Source: an uncultured Parafilimonas sp. (GTDB lineage Bacteria; Bacteroidota; Bacteroidia; Chitinophagales; Chitinophagaceae). Taken from it: 64,000 nucleotides of DNA. Location of the stretch: contig CAXSDU010000001.1 in the NCBI GenBank assembly GCA_964236165.1, positions 92,523 to 156,522 on the forward strand. The letters are read 5' to 3'. Each line of letters starts with the position of its first letter. The first letter of the stretch is position 1. Both the position numbers and the translations under genes were made by a program. The notes below the pieces were generated by a model, which was not told where the DNA came from, made no database searches, and saw only the letters and a list, made by a program, of their open reading frames with translations. This document shows, in pieces, positions 56,532-64,000 of the stretch.

Positions 56532-59114
56532 TTGAAAACTTTAAACAAGCATTTTTATTTCTTTTTATTTTTTTTATTACTGCCTGGTTATTTTGTTGTG
56601 TATGGACAAATAACCGCAGATTTTTCTGCGTTATCAGCCACTGGATGCACGCCATTAAATGTTCAGTTTAAAGATCTTTCTTCCGGTAACCCTACACAAT
56701 GGGTTTGGGATTTTGGAAATGGTACAAGTTCTAATTTGCAAAATCCTGTTGCTACATATATAACCGGGGGAACATATACAGTTAGGTTAATTGTAAAAAA
56801 TGCATCATCAAAAAACTATATTGAAAAGAAAAATTTAATTATTGTATCTGCAACACCGGATGTTGAATTTACAGCAAGCAATAATACAGGCTGTTTACCC
56901 TTAATTGTTTCGTTTGATAACACTACAAATTTATTTGGTAATAGTATTAAAAGCTGGCTATGGGATTTTGGTGATGGAAATACTTCAAACCAGCAAGCAC
57001 CTTCTCATACTTATACTGCAAGAGGAGTATATGATGTTTCACTTACGGTAGAAAATGTAAGCGGTTGCACAAATTCCCTTTCGCTAAAAAAATTAATAAG
57101 GGCTGGTAATAAGCCGAATACTGCTTCCTTTAAAGCTACTCCTCTTGATGGATGCGCTTCCTCACTTCGAAATTTTACAGATTTATCAACAGGAACTATA
57201 AATTCCTGGCAATGGGATTTCGGCGATGGCGGAACAAGTGATGTTAAAAACCCTTCTTATCATTACATAGATACCGGTTTTTTTTCAGTGAATCTTATTG
57301 TAGGTGATAACGGATGTTCAATTTCTACGCAGATCAATAATTATGTTCACATTATTGGCCCAATCGCTGATATACATAAAAGTGCTGATTGTTCAAATCC
57401 TTATAACATATCTTTCTTTACACCTTTTGGAAAGGCAGATAGTTGGTTTTGGGATTTTGGGGACGGTAAAACTTCTAATTCTAAAAATGAAATACATACT
57501 TATAGCAAAACTGGAAAATATGTTGTAAAATTAAATATCAGCGGAGGTGCTTGTGTTGATTCTGCAAACGATACTATTTATGTTGTTAACCAAACACCAA
57601 CTTATAATATTTTGCCTTCCGCTCCCAGTTATTGTAAGAATGATACACTTGAATTTACTGCAAATAATTATGATAGTGCAGGAACAAAATATTTTGCATG
57701 GAGTTTCGATGGAGGTTTAACACTTACAAAGTATAGAGCAAAAGATACAATTCAAAATGTTTATTTAACTACAGGCATTTATCCTGCACCAATACTTTAT
57801 ATATCAAATAAAGAAGGGTGCACCGATACAATACAAAAAAACCAAATAACTATTACGGGTGCCGTAGCAGGTTTTTCTAATTCATTTCCCACCTGTATTG
57901 GAAATGCTATAACATTTTCTGATAAATCTATTCTATATAAAAATTCACCTATTAAACAATGGGAATGGAATTATGGAGATGGTGATACTGTAACTACATC
58001 AGCCTCTTTTGTAAATTACACTTATCCTTTTCCCGGATTATATACTACGCTGCTAAAAATTACAGATGCTGATGGATGCACTGATACCATATCTCATGAG
58101 ATTAATATTGCCGATACACCTACTATTGATGCAGGGAACGACATGTTTACTTGCGCAGGTAAATCTGTTACATTGCAACCTTCAGGTGGTGTAAATTATA
58201 TGTGGGATAGTAATTCTTCTCTTAGCTGTACCAATTGTAATAATCCTATAGCTACGCCATTAGATACAACAGTTTTTTATGTTAGTGGAAGAAACGCTGC
58301 CGGCTGCGCTGCGCGTGATTCAATTCAAATAAACGTACAACAAAAACAAGAGATTACAGTACAGCCTTCGTTCGGTACAATTTGCAAGGGCAATTCAATA
58401 CAGCTCTCCGCTTCAGGCTCTGATTCTTATTCATGGCAGCCAACAGGCAGTCTTAATAATTCTGATATATCTAATCCTTTGGCAACGCCACAAAGTAATA
58501 CAACTTATATAGTAAGCGGCTCAGATAAAAATGGCTGCTTTACAAGTACGGCAAATATAGATGTTGCTGTAAAACCCCAACCTGAAATAAATATTACAGA
58601 TAGCGCTGTAACGCTTCAGCCTGGCCAGATGTATCAACTAAAAACTACATATAGTTCTGATGTTGTAAAATGGACATGGCAGCCTGCGCAGTGGTTAACT
58701 GATGCTTCTATACCAAACCCGGTTACGCAACCACAAGGAAATATTACTTACAAGGTAACAGCAGAAACAGAAAGCGGATGTATTGACTCAGACAAGGTAG
58801 TTATAACTGTTGTATGTAATAATTCCATTCTTTTCATACCTAATACGTTCTCACCAAATAAAGATGGTATGAATGATTATTTTTACCCGCGCAGCAGTGG
58901 GCAGGTTAAAATAAAATCACTAAAGATTTTTAATAGATGGGGGCAGGAAGTGTATAAAAAAACTGATTTTTTTACCAACGATCAGAACGCCGGATGGGAT
59001 GGAAAATACAATGGTAATTTTGAGCAGGCGGATGCATATGTTTATGTGTTATTGGTGAGTTGTTCAAACGGCAGTTTTTTCAGAAACAGCGGATCAATTA
59101 CTTTAATAAGATAA
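56532..59114 (+). CDS. T9SS-secreted multi-PKD-domain protein with type B CTD
   Basis: About six W.WDFGDG-type PKD repeats; C-terminal FIPNTFSPNKDGMND...IFNRWG..GWDG...YVY...G..TLIR; TTG 56532 preferred as track start overlaps TAAATTTG promoter (56476-56483). Confidence 0.88.
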   Translation: MKTLNKHFYFFLFFLLLPGYFVVYGQITADFSALSATGCTPLNVQFKDLSSGNPTQWVWDFGNGTSSNLQNPVATYITGGTYTVRLIVKNASSKNYIEKKNLIIVSATPDVEFTASNNTGCLPLIVSFDNTTNLFGNSIKSWLWDFGDGNTSNQQAPSHTYTARGVYDVSLTVENVSGCTNSLSLKKLIRAGNKPNTASFKATPLDGCASSLRNFTDLSTGTINSWQWDFGDGGTSDVKNPSYHYIDTGFFSVNLIVGDNGCSISTQINNYVHIIGPIADIHKSADCSNPYNISFFTPFGKADSWFWDFGDGKTSNSKNEIHTYSKTGKYVVKLNISGGACVDSANDTIYVVNQTPTYNILPSAPSYCKNDTLEFTANNYDSAGTKYFAWSFDGGLTLTKYRAKDTIQNVYLTTGIYPAPILYISNKEGCTDTIQKNQITITGAVAGFSNSFPTCIGNAITFSDKSILYKNSPIKQWEWNYGDGDTVTTSASFVNYTYPFPGLYTTLLKITDADGCTDTISHEINIADTPTIDAGNDMFTCAGKSVTLQPSGGVNYMWDSNSSLSCTNCNNPIATPLDTTVFYVSGRNAAGCAARDSIQINVQQKQEITVQPSFGTICKGNSIQLSASGSDSYSWQPTGSLNNSDISNPLATPQSNTTYIVSGSDKNGCFTSTANIDVAVKPQPEINITDSAVTLQPGQMYQLKTTYSSDVVKWTWQPAQWLTDASIPNPVTQPQGNITYKVTAETESGCIDSDKVVITVVCNNSILFIPNTFSPNKDGMNDYFYPRSSGQVKIKSLKIFNRWGQEVYKKTDFFTNDQNAGWDGKYNGNFEQADAYVYVLLVSCSNGSFFRNSGSITLIR

Positions 59115-59250
59115 ACTACTTGTTTCAAAATATTATTTGAATTTACCAACCTTAAAAGCCTAAATAATTTATCTTTTTTAACTTATCAATTTTAAGAATG
59201 TTTGTTTTTACGATTATATTCGTATTATAAACCTAGCTGCTATCCGCAAC

Positions 59251-59436
59251 ATAAAAAACATATTACTGCTTACTGCATTTAGTTGTATTGTTACAACAAT
59301 ATTTGTTCTTGCATCGCCTGCAACAAAAAGCATAAATGTTTATTCGCCTGATAATGGTGGCGGTGGATGTTGCAATAAAAAACTTCAAATAGAACAGGCT
59401 AAAAAAACTTATATTCTAAGGAGATTTATATCTTAG
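59251..59436 (+). CDS. Candidate small secreted peptide with non-canonical (ATA) start
   Basis: Frame open 59182-59436 with no ATG/GTG/TTG; from ATA reads KNILLLTAFSCIVTTIFVLA-SPATKSINVYSPDNGGGGCCNKK... Confidence 0.3.
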   Translation: MKNILLLTAFSCIVTTIFVLASPATKSINVYSPDNGGGGCCNKKLQIEQAKKTYILRRFIS

Positions 59437-59486
59437 GCGCCAGCAAATACTTTTTAGTATTTTTTTTTATAGAATAATTATTTTTT

Positions 59487-59714
59487 CTAAGTCGTTGCTT
59501 TAGGTGGTAATGCAAATGCAATTGCATCATGCTCAAAATGTCCTTTATGTGATGCATCACAAAAAGGTTTGTTTTGAGATAATCCGCAACGACAGATTGA
59601 AACTATCGTTCTTCCGCCAAGATCATACACATTTCCATCTTTGTCCACTATTTCAAAATCGCCTTCTATTTTTAAAGAACCGTTGCTTTTTACAGTAATT
59701 TTTGTTGATGCCAT
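59487..59714 (-). CDS. CDGSH-type iron-sulfur domain protein
   Basis: ICRCGLSQNKPFCDASH. Confidence 0.92.
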   Translation of the reverse strand: MASTKITVKSNGSLKIEGDFEIVDKDGNVYDLGGRTIVSICRCGLSQNKPFCDASHKGHFEHDAIAFALPPKATT

Positions 59715-59732
59715 TATATTAATTTAATTGAG

Positions 59733-60809
59733 TTAATCTGTATCTTTTAATCCTTTAATTAAAACATGTTGTTTCCCTTCAGGAGAACAAGGCTTACCAA
59801 ATGCGCCCAGTCTTTGCTTTTTAGAATTAATCGTTTCATAAAAATCATCAAGATAATTTGTAGCCTGTTTTATATATTTTGGAGATAGCAAAGTACAACC
59901 AGTATAGGATTTATAAATATCATCTTTTAATTTATCAAACAATTTTACAATTTCATCAAAGTCAGTATACGGCAGGCAATAACCCCGATATAACCTATCC
60001 TGAACAGAATTAAGCTCAAGCTCTGGTGCGGGTATTGAATAAGTTGTATTTACAATACCGGAATAATCAAAATCGTAGGGCACAGCATAAGGAACTTTTG
60101 TTGAATCAGGCGAAATTAATCTTATGTTATGCAAGTATCCAATTGACCAGTCTGTGTTGCCTATCATGTATTGAAACACAGTCATTTTTAAGTATTCTTC
60201 ATGATTAGTTGCCTGCGGTTCTACCATTTTTCTTTTAACTATTATCGCGCTATTCCGTTGCGCCATTGCATTTTCATCTTCTATTAAAATACCGAAATGC
60301 GTTTCTATTTTCATTTTTGATGATGAATCAACATAATCAACTCTTACCAATCTTGCGCGAAAACTTTTTTCAGTAATTAAGTTATATAATTTATAAACCA
60401 GCCATTCACGAATAACATAATCATCCGTTTTACATTGCGTAACGAGTTTTAGATTTTTTTGTTTCATGAATAATCCGGCAGAATCATTATTGTGTTTTGA
60501 AAAATTTAAAAGCAGTGGCGGAAATAAGCAATTGGATTTATCTTTTCTAAAATTGCCTCTTACTTTCATTTTAATCGGAATTGAGATCTCAATATTATCA
60601 TCATTTTTATAACGCAGCATTGCCGCATGATACGAAGGATCTTTTCCTCTGTCTCTTTGTACAGAACGATAGTTTGCATAAAGTTTTAATGGCAGCACAT
60701 CATCTCTTGTAAACAAGTTGCTTGTTAAAGTTTCTGTTTGAGCAAACATTTTATTTGAATAAAATATAAGCAGTAACAAAAGCAATGATAAATATTTAAA
60801 CCTGTTCAA
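59733..60809 (-). CDS. Secreted hypothetical protein, possible CotH-like atypical kinase
   Basis: Signal peptide; KVRGNFR, KLVTQC, EWLVYKLYN, IGNTDWS..YLHN, PYDFDYSG. Confidence 0.6.
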   Translation of the reverse strand: MNRFKYLSLLLLLLIFYSNKMFAQTETLTSNLFTRDDVLPLKLYANYRSVQRDRGKDPSYHAAMLRYKNDDNIEISIPIKMKVRGNFRKDKSNCLFPPLLLNFSKHNNDSAGLFMKQKNLKLVTQCKTDDYVIREWLVYKLYNLITEKSFRARLVRVDYVDSSSKMKIETHFGILIEDENAMAQRNSAIIVKRKMVEPQATNHEEYLKMTVFQYMIGNTDWSIGYLHNIRLISPDSTKVPYAVPYDFDYSGIVNTTYSIPAPELELNSVQDRLYRGYCLPYTDFDEIVKLFDKLKDDIYKSYTGCTLLSPKYIKQATNYLDDFYETINSKKQRLGAFGKPCSPEGKQHVLIKGLKDTD

Positions 60810-60920
60810 AAAAAATATTTAGGTAAAAGATAAATATTTTCAAAAGTAATTAATGAGAAAAATTTATACTCAATTATTATTTACATAAATGCAAAGCTTT
60901 AAAATTTTATTCGTTTATTC

Positions 60921-60935
60921 TGGCATGGTATTTTA
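60921..60935 (+). promoter_or_regulatory. Sigma54-like element TGGCATGGTATTTTA upstream of DUF1328 gene
   Basis: TGGCA -24 box; -12 box divergent. Confidence 0.3.
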
Positions 60936-60981
60936 AATATATTAATCGTTAACATTATTCTTAACTTTTAAATTTAATATT

Positions 60982-61161
60982 ATGTTACGTTGGACGTTAA
61001 TTTTTTTAGTAGTTGCAATTATCGCAGCCATATTTGGTTTTGGCGGTATTGCTGCAAGCGCAGCAGGTATAGCTAAATTTCTATTTTTTGTGTTCGTAGT
61101 ATTATTTATTATTTCACTAATATTTGGAAGAAGAAAATCTGTTATTAACGATGATATTTAG
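60982..61161 (+). CDS. DUF1328 family small membrane protein (59 aa; not in ORF track)
   Basis: [59 protein letters not shown]. Confidence 0.93.
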   Translation: MLRWTLIFLVVAIIAAIFGFGGIAASAAGIAKFLFFVFVVLFIISLIFGRRKSVINDDI

Positions 61162-61178
61162 CTTGATAAACATTTATT

Positions 61179-61207
61179 AAGCGCAGGCATTTTGTCTGCG
61201 CTTTTTT
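61179..61207 (+). terminator. Intrinsic terminator after DUF1328 gene
   Basis: AAGCGCAGGCA-TTT-TGTCTGCGCTT plus T run. Confidence 0.8.
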
Positions 61208-61265
61208 ATTTTATTAATTAAAGCAACATCAATAAACCGAAACTTATTTTTGCAAAAAATTTGTA

Positions 61266-62537
61266 ATGAAATTAATTGATGAGTTGCGCTGGCGCGGAAT
61301 GATACAGGATATAATGCCGGGCACTGCAGAACAACTGAATAAAGAAATTACATCTGCTTATATTGGTTTCGATCCTACTGCCGATAGTTTACATATAGGC
61401 AGCCTTGTTCCTATTTTATTATTGGTGCATTTGCAGAAAGCCGGTCATAAACCTTTTGCATTAATTGGCGGCGCAACAGGAATGGTAGGCGATCCCAGTG
61501 GCAAAAGCGAAGAAAGAAATTTATTAAGTGAAGATACTTTGCAACGCAATCAATCTTGCGTAAAAAAACAACTTGAAAAGTTTTTAGATTTTGATGAAAC
61601 AAAACCAAATGCTGCTGTTATCGTAAATAACTATGATTGGTTTAAACAAATGAATTTTCTTGAATTTATTCGTGATGCTGGAAAGCACATTACTGTAAAT
61701 TATATGATGGCAAAAGACAGTGTAAAAAAAAGAATTGAAGGTGAAACAGGCATAAGTTTTACGGAATTTTCTTACCAGCTAATACAAGGTTATGACTTTT
61801 ACTGGCTGTATAAAAATCATAATTGTAAACTGCAAATGGGCGGCAGCGATCAATGGGGAAATATAACGACCGGTACAGAATTAATTCGCAGAAAAGCGGG
61901 CGGTGAGGCATTTGCATTTACCTGCCCTTTGCTTACAAAAACAGATGGTGGCAAATTTGGGAAAACAGAAAAAGGAAATATATGGCTCGATGCGGAGAAA
62001 ACTTCACCTTATCAATTTTATCAGTTTTGGTTAAATGCTGCAGATGAAGACGTAAAAAAATGGATAAAGATTTTTACATTTTTATCTAAAGATGAAATTA
62101 ATACTTTAATAAACCAGCACGATGAAAACGCAGCACATCGCTTAGTACAAAAATCGCTGGCAAAAGAAATAACATTATTCGTACATGGTAGTGATGGATT
62201 AAAACAAGCGCTTGAAACAACAGAAAAATTATTCACTAATCAAAATGCTTCCGCAGAAAATTTGAGCGTAGAAGATTTGGAAAATATGGAAGGCATTGTA
62301 AAGATTGATTACACTTTATCTGCAGATAATATTGACATAATTTCTTTTCTTACCGAAACAAATATTTTTCCAAGTAAAGGCGAAGCAAAAAAAATGATTT
62401 TGAATGGCGGTGTAAGTATCAACAGAAAAAAAATCTCTGATGCAGCTTTTAGTATTCAGATAAGCTTGCTTTTACACAACAAATATCTTTTAGTACAAAA
62501 AGGAAAAAAAAATTATTACCTGGTGAAAATAAATTAA
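61266..62537 (+). CDS. tyrS: Tyrosyl-tRNA synthetase
   Basis: YIGFDPTADSLHIG, YQLIQGYDF, GGSDQWGNI, KFGKT, C-terminal S4 domain; TATTTTTG promoter at 61246-61253. Confidence 0.98.
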   Translation: MKLIDELRWRGMIQDIMPGTAEQLNKEITSAYIGFDPTADSLHIGSLVPILLLVHLQKAGHKPFALIGGATGMVGDPSGKSEERNLLSEDTLQRNQSCVKKQLEKFLDFDETKPNAAVIVNNYDWFKQMNFLEFIRDAGKHITVNYMMAKDSVKKRIEGETGISFTEFSYQLIQGYDFYWLYKNHNCKLQMGGSDQWGNITTGTELIRRKAGGEAFAFTCPLLTKTDGGKFGKTEKGNIWLDAEKTSPYQFYQFWLNAADEDVKKWIKIFTFLSKDEINTLINQHDENAAHRLVQKSLAKEITLFVHGSDGLKQALETTEKLFTNQNASAENLSVEDLENMEGIVKIDYTLSADNIDIISFLTETNIFPSKGEAKKMILNGGVSINRKKISDAAFSIQISLLLHNKYLLVQKGKKNYYLVKIN

Positions 62538-62563
62538 TAGAAACGCTTTAAGGTAAGCTCTGT

Positions 62564-62668
62564 CTATTTACTGTTATGAAAGAACAACTTTCTTAATGCG
62601 TTTATCAATCCAACTAAACCAAATAATGCTAAAAAAGCAAAACCATATATACTTATTGCAAAAGGCAT
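62564..62668 (-). CDS. Candidate 34-aa single-pass membrane protein (not in ORF track)
   Basis: ATG 62668 to TAG 62564: MPFAISIYGFAFLALFGLVGLINALRKLFFHNSK; AT-rich initiation context. Confidence 0.5.
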   Translation of the reverse strand: MPFAISIYGFAFLALFGLVGLINALRKLFFHNSK

Positions 62669-62721
62669 ATTATAAAATTACAACACTCAAACATCAAATT
62701 TAAAAAAAGAAAAGTTAAGTA

Positions 62722-63720
62722 TTACACCAGCAATTTTTCTATTAAATCAAACCCTTCTGCCGGTAAAAAATTTTCCCACATTATCTTATAAATTATGTCT
62801 GCAATTGGTATAGAAACTTTTAAATCTTCGTTTGTTTTATGAATGCATTTACTCGCATTGTAACCTTCTGCTATCATACCTAATTCAAGCTGTGCCGCTT
62901 TTACAGAATATCCTTTTCCAATCATATTTCCCAGCATACGATTGCGGCTATATAACGAATAACAGGTAACCAATAAATCGCCCAAATAAACTGAAGACGC
63001 ATAATTAATATCGGCATCAGATGCTTCATGTTTAACTTCCCGTACAAAACGCACCATTTCGTTTGCAGCATTTGCTATATACACGCTTAAAAAATTATCA
63101 CCATAATCAAGACCATGTGCAATGCCCGCGCCTAATGCATAAATGTTTTTTAGCACTGCAGCGTATTGCACACCAACTATATCAGGATTTACACGCGTTA
63201 AAATAAATTCTGTTTTAAAACTTTCAGCAATTTTTTTAGTAAAGTCTATCTCTAATCCTGAAAAAGTTAGGTAAGAAAGTTTTTCTGCAACTACTTCTTC
63301 TGCATGAGACGGACCTAATAGCGTAAAATAATTATTCAGTTGTACATCAAAATTTCCATCAAGATATTCATGCAAAAATTGATTTTTCTCAGGAAGAATT
63401 CCTTTAACTGCAGAAACAATTTTCTTATTTTTAAATACATCTTTATTTAAAGCACTTAGAGCATTATGTACATACGCAGATGGAATTACGATAATCAAAA
63501 CATCGCTTTGTTCAATCACAAAATTTATATTACTGCTTAACTGCAAACGTTCGATATTAAAGTACGCACTGCTTAAATAATGTGGGTTGTGCCGGCGTTG
63601 CGCAATATGATTTATCGTGTTATCATTACGTACCCACCAATAAATATTTTTTCCGCTGTCAGTTAAAATTTTTGCGAGCGCTGTTGCCCAGCTTCCGCTA
63701 CCAAGAATTCCGAATTGCAT
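62722..63720 (-). CDS. gpsA: NAD(P)H-dependent glycerol-3-phosphate dehydrogenase
   Basis: LGSGSWATAL, SAVKG, GPSHAEEV, LKNIYAL, LGDLLVTCYS..SRNR, AEGY; TATCTTTG promoter at 63736-63743. Confidence 0.95.
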   Translation of the reverse strand: MQFGILGSGSWATALAKILTDSGKNIYWWVRNDNTINHIAQRRHNPHYLSSAYFNIERLQLSSNINFVIEQSDVLIIVIPSAYVHNALSALNKDVFKNKKIVSAVKGILPEKNQFLHEYLDGNFDVQLNNYFTLLGPSHAEEVVAEKLSYLTFSGLEIDFTKKIAESFKTEFILTRVNPDIVGVQYAAVLKNIYALGAGIAHGLDYGDNFLSVYIANAANEMVRFVREVKHEASDADINYASSVYLGDLLVTCYSLYSRNRMLGNMIGKGYSVKAAQLELGMIAEGYNASKCIHKTNEDLKVSIPIADIIYKIMWENFLPAEGFDLIEKLLV

Positions 63721-63758
63721 GTATAAAAGTTATGGCAAAGATATTTGTTTAAGCAATT

Positions 63759-64000
63759 TTATTCCCGCAACAATTTCGTTCCTACAGCGCAATCAAGACA
63801 TCTTTTAAAATTGCAATAATTATTTTTTAGGTGAATGAGTGCCTGGCTGTCAAATGCAGTTTTATTTTCGATACTAAATAATTTCCACTGTTTTGTGATG
63901 CTGTTTTGTTCGGGCTGTAATTGCATTAACCAGTTTACAGCTTTATCTTTCCAAACATGTTCATTGCGCACTAATCCATAAGAAAAAAACACAGGAATAA
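63759..64000 (-). CDS. DUF2851 family protein, C-terminal fragment (5' end outside window)
   Basis: IPVFFSYG, SQALIHLKNNYCNFKRCLDCAVG. Confidence 0.8.
   Translation of the reverse strand, partial: IPVFFSYGLVRNEHVWKDKAVNWLMQLQPEQNSITKQWKLFSIENKTAFDSQALIHLKNNYCNFKRCLDCAVGTKLLRE

Noticed and set aside
728-63992. Roughly 60 short ORFs in the track that overlap longer genes in another frame or strand (e.g. 728-985, 3270-3479, 20566-20901, 43565-43954, 45583-45927)
   Set aside because: Shadow ORFs inside well-supported genes, with no recognisable motifs
1-64000. tRNA, rRNA, CRISPR arrays, IS elements, integrases, prophage genes
   Set aside because: No T-loop/cloverleaf motifs, regularly spaced direct repeats, or transposase/integrase/phage-like ORFs found by eye

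Overview
A 64 kb AT-rich chromosomal segment of a Bacteroidota bacterium. Gene content and the TAnnTTTG promoters suggest Chitinophagaceae (inference). It holds about 60 mostly intact genes: the T9SS/gliding motor operon gldKLMN, uvrC, three ECF sigma/anti-sigma modules, ABC transporters, housekeeping genes (gcvH, serS, purC, tsaB, nadB, kbl, tyrS, gpsA), a TonB-dependent receptor, GH130 plus aldose epimerase, a partial carotenoid cluster (idi-crtD-cruF-like-crtZ), a class D beta-lactamase and two T9SS type-B-CTD surface proteins. I recognised no tRNA, rRNA, CRISPR array, transposase or integrase. The most notable unexplained signals are: (i) two short promoter-to-terminator units sharing a TT(T/C)TCATA(G/A)G...TTGG(A/T)TT core, candidate paralogous sRNAs, one lying on the + strand between two - strand genes; (ii) an intact but apparently catalytically dead methylglyoxal-synthase homologue paired with an MFS transporter behind palindromic sites; (iii) a dual-membrane-spanning anti-sigma and a second, split version with a tandemly duplicated anti-sigma domain; (iv) a HEPN-motif gene broken by one extra A; (v) small ORFs missed by the ORF track. 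All calls come from motif recognition by eye, with no database searches run.
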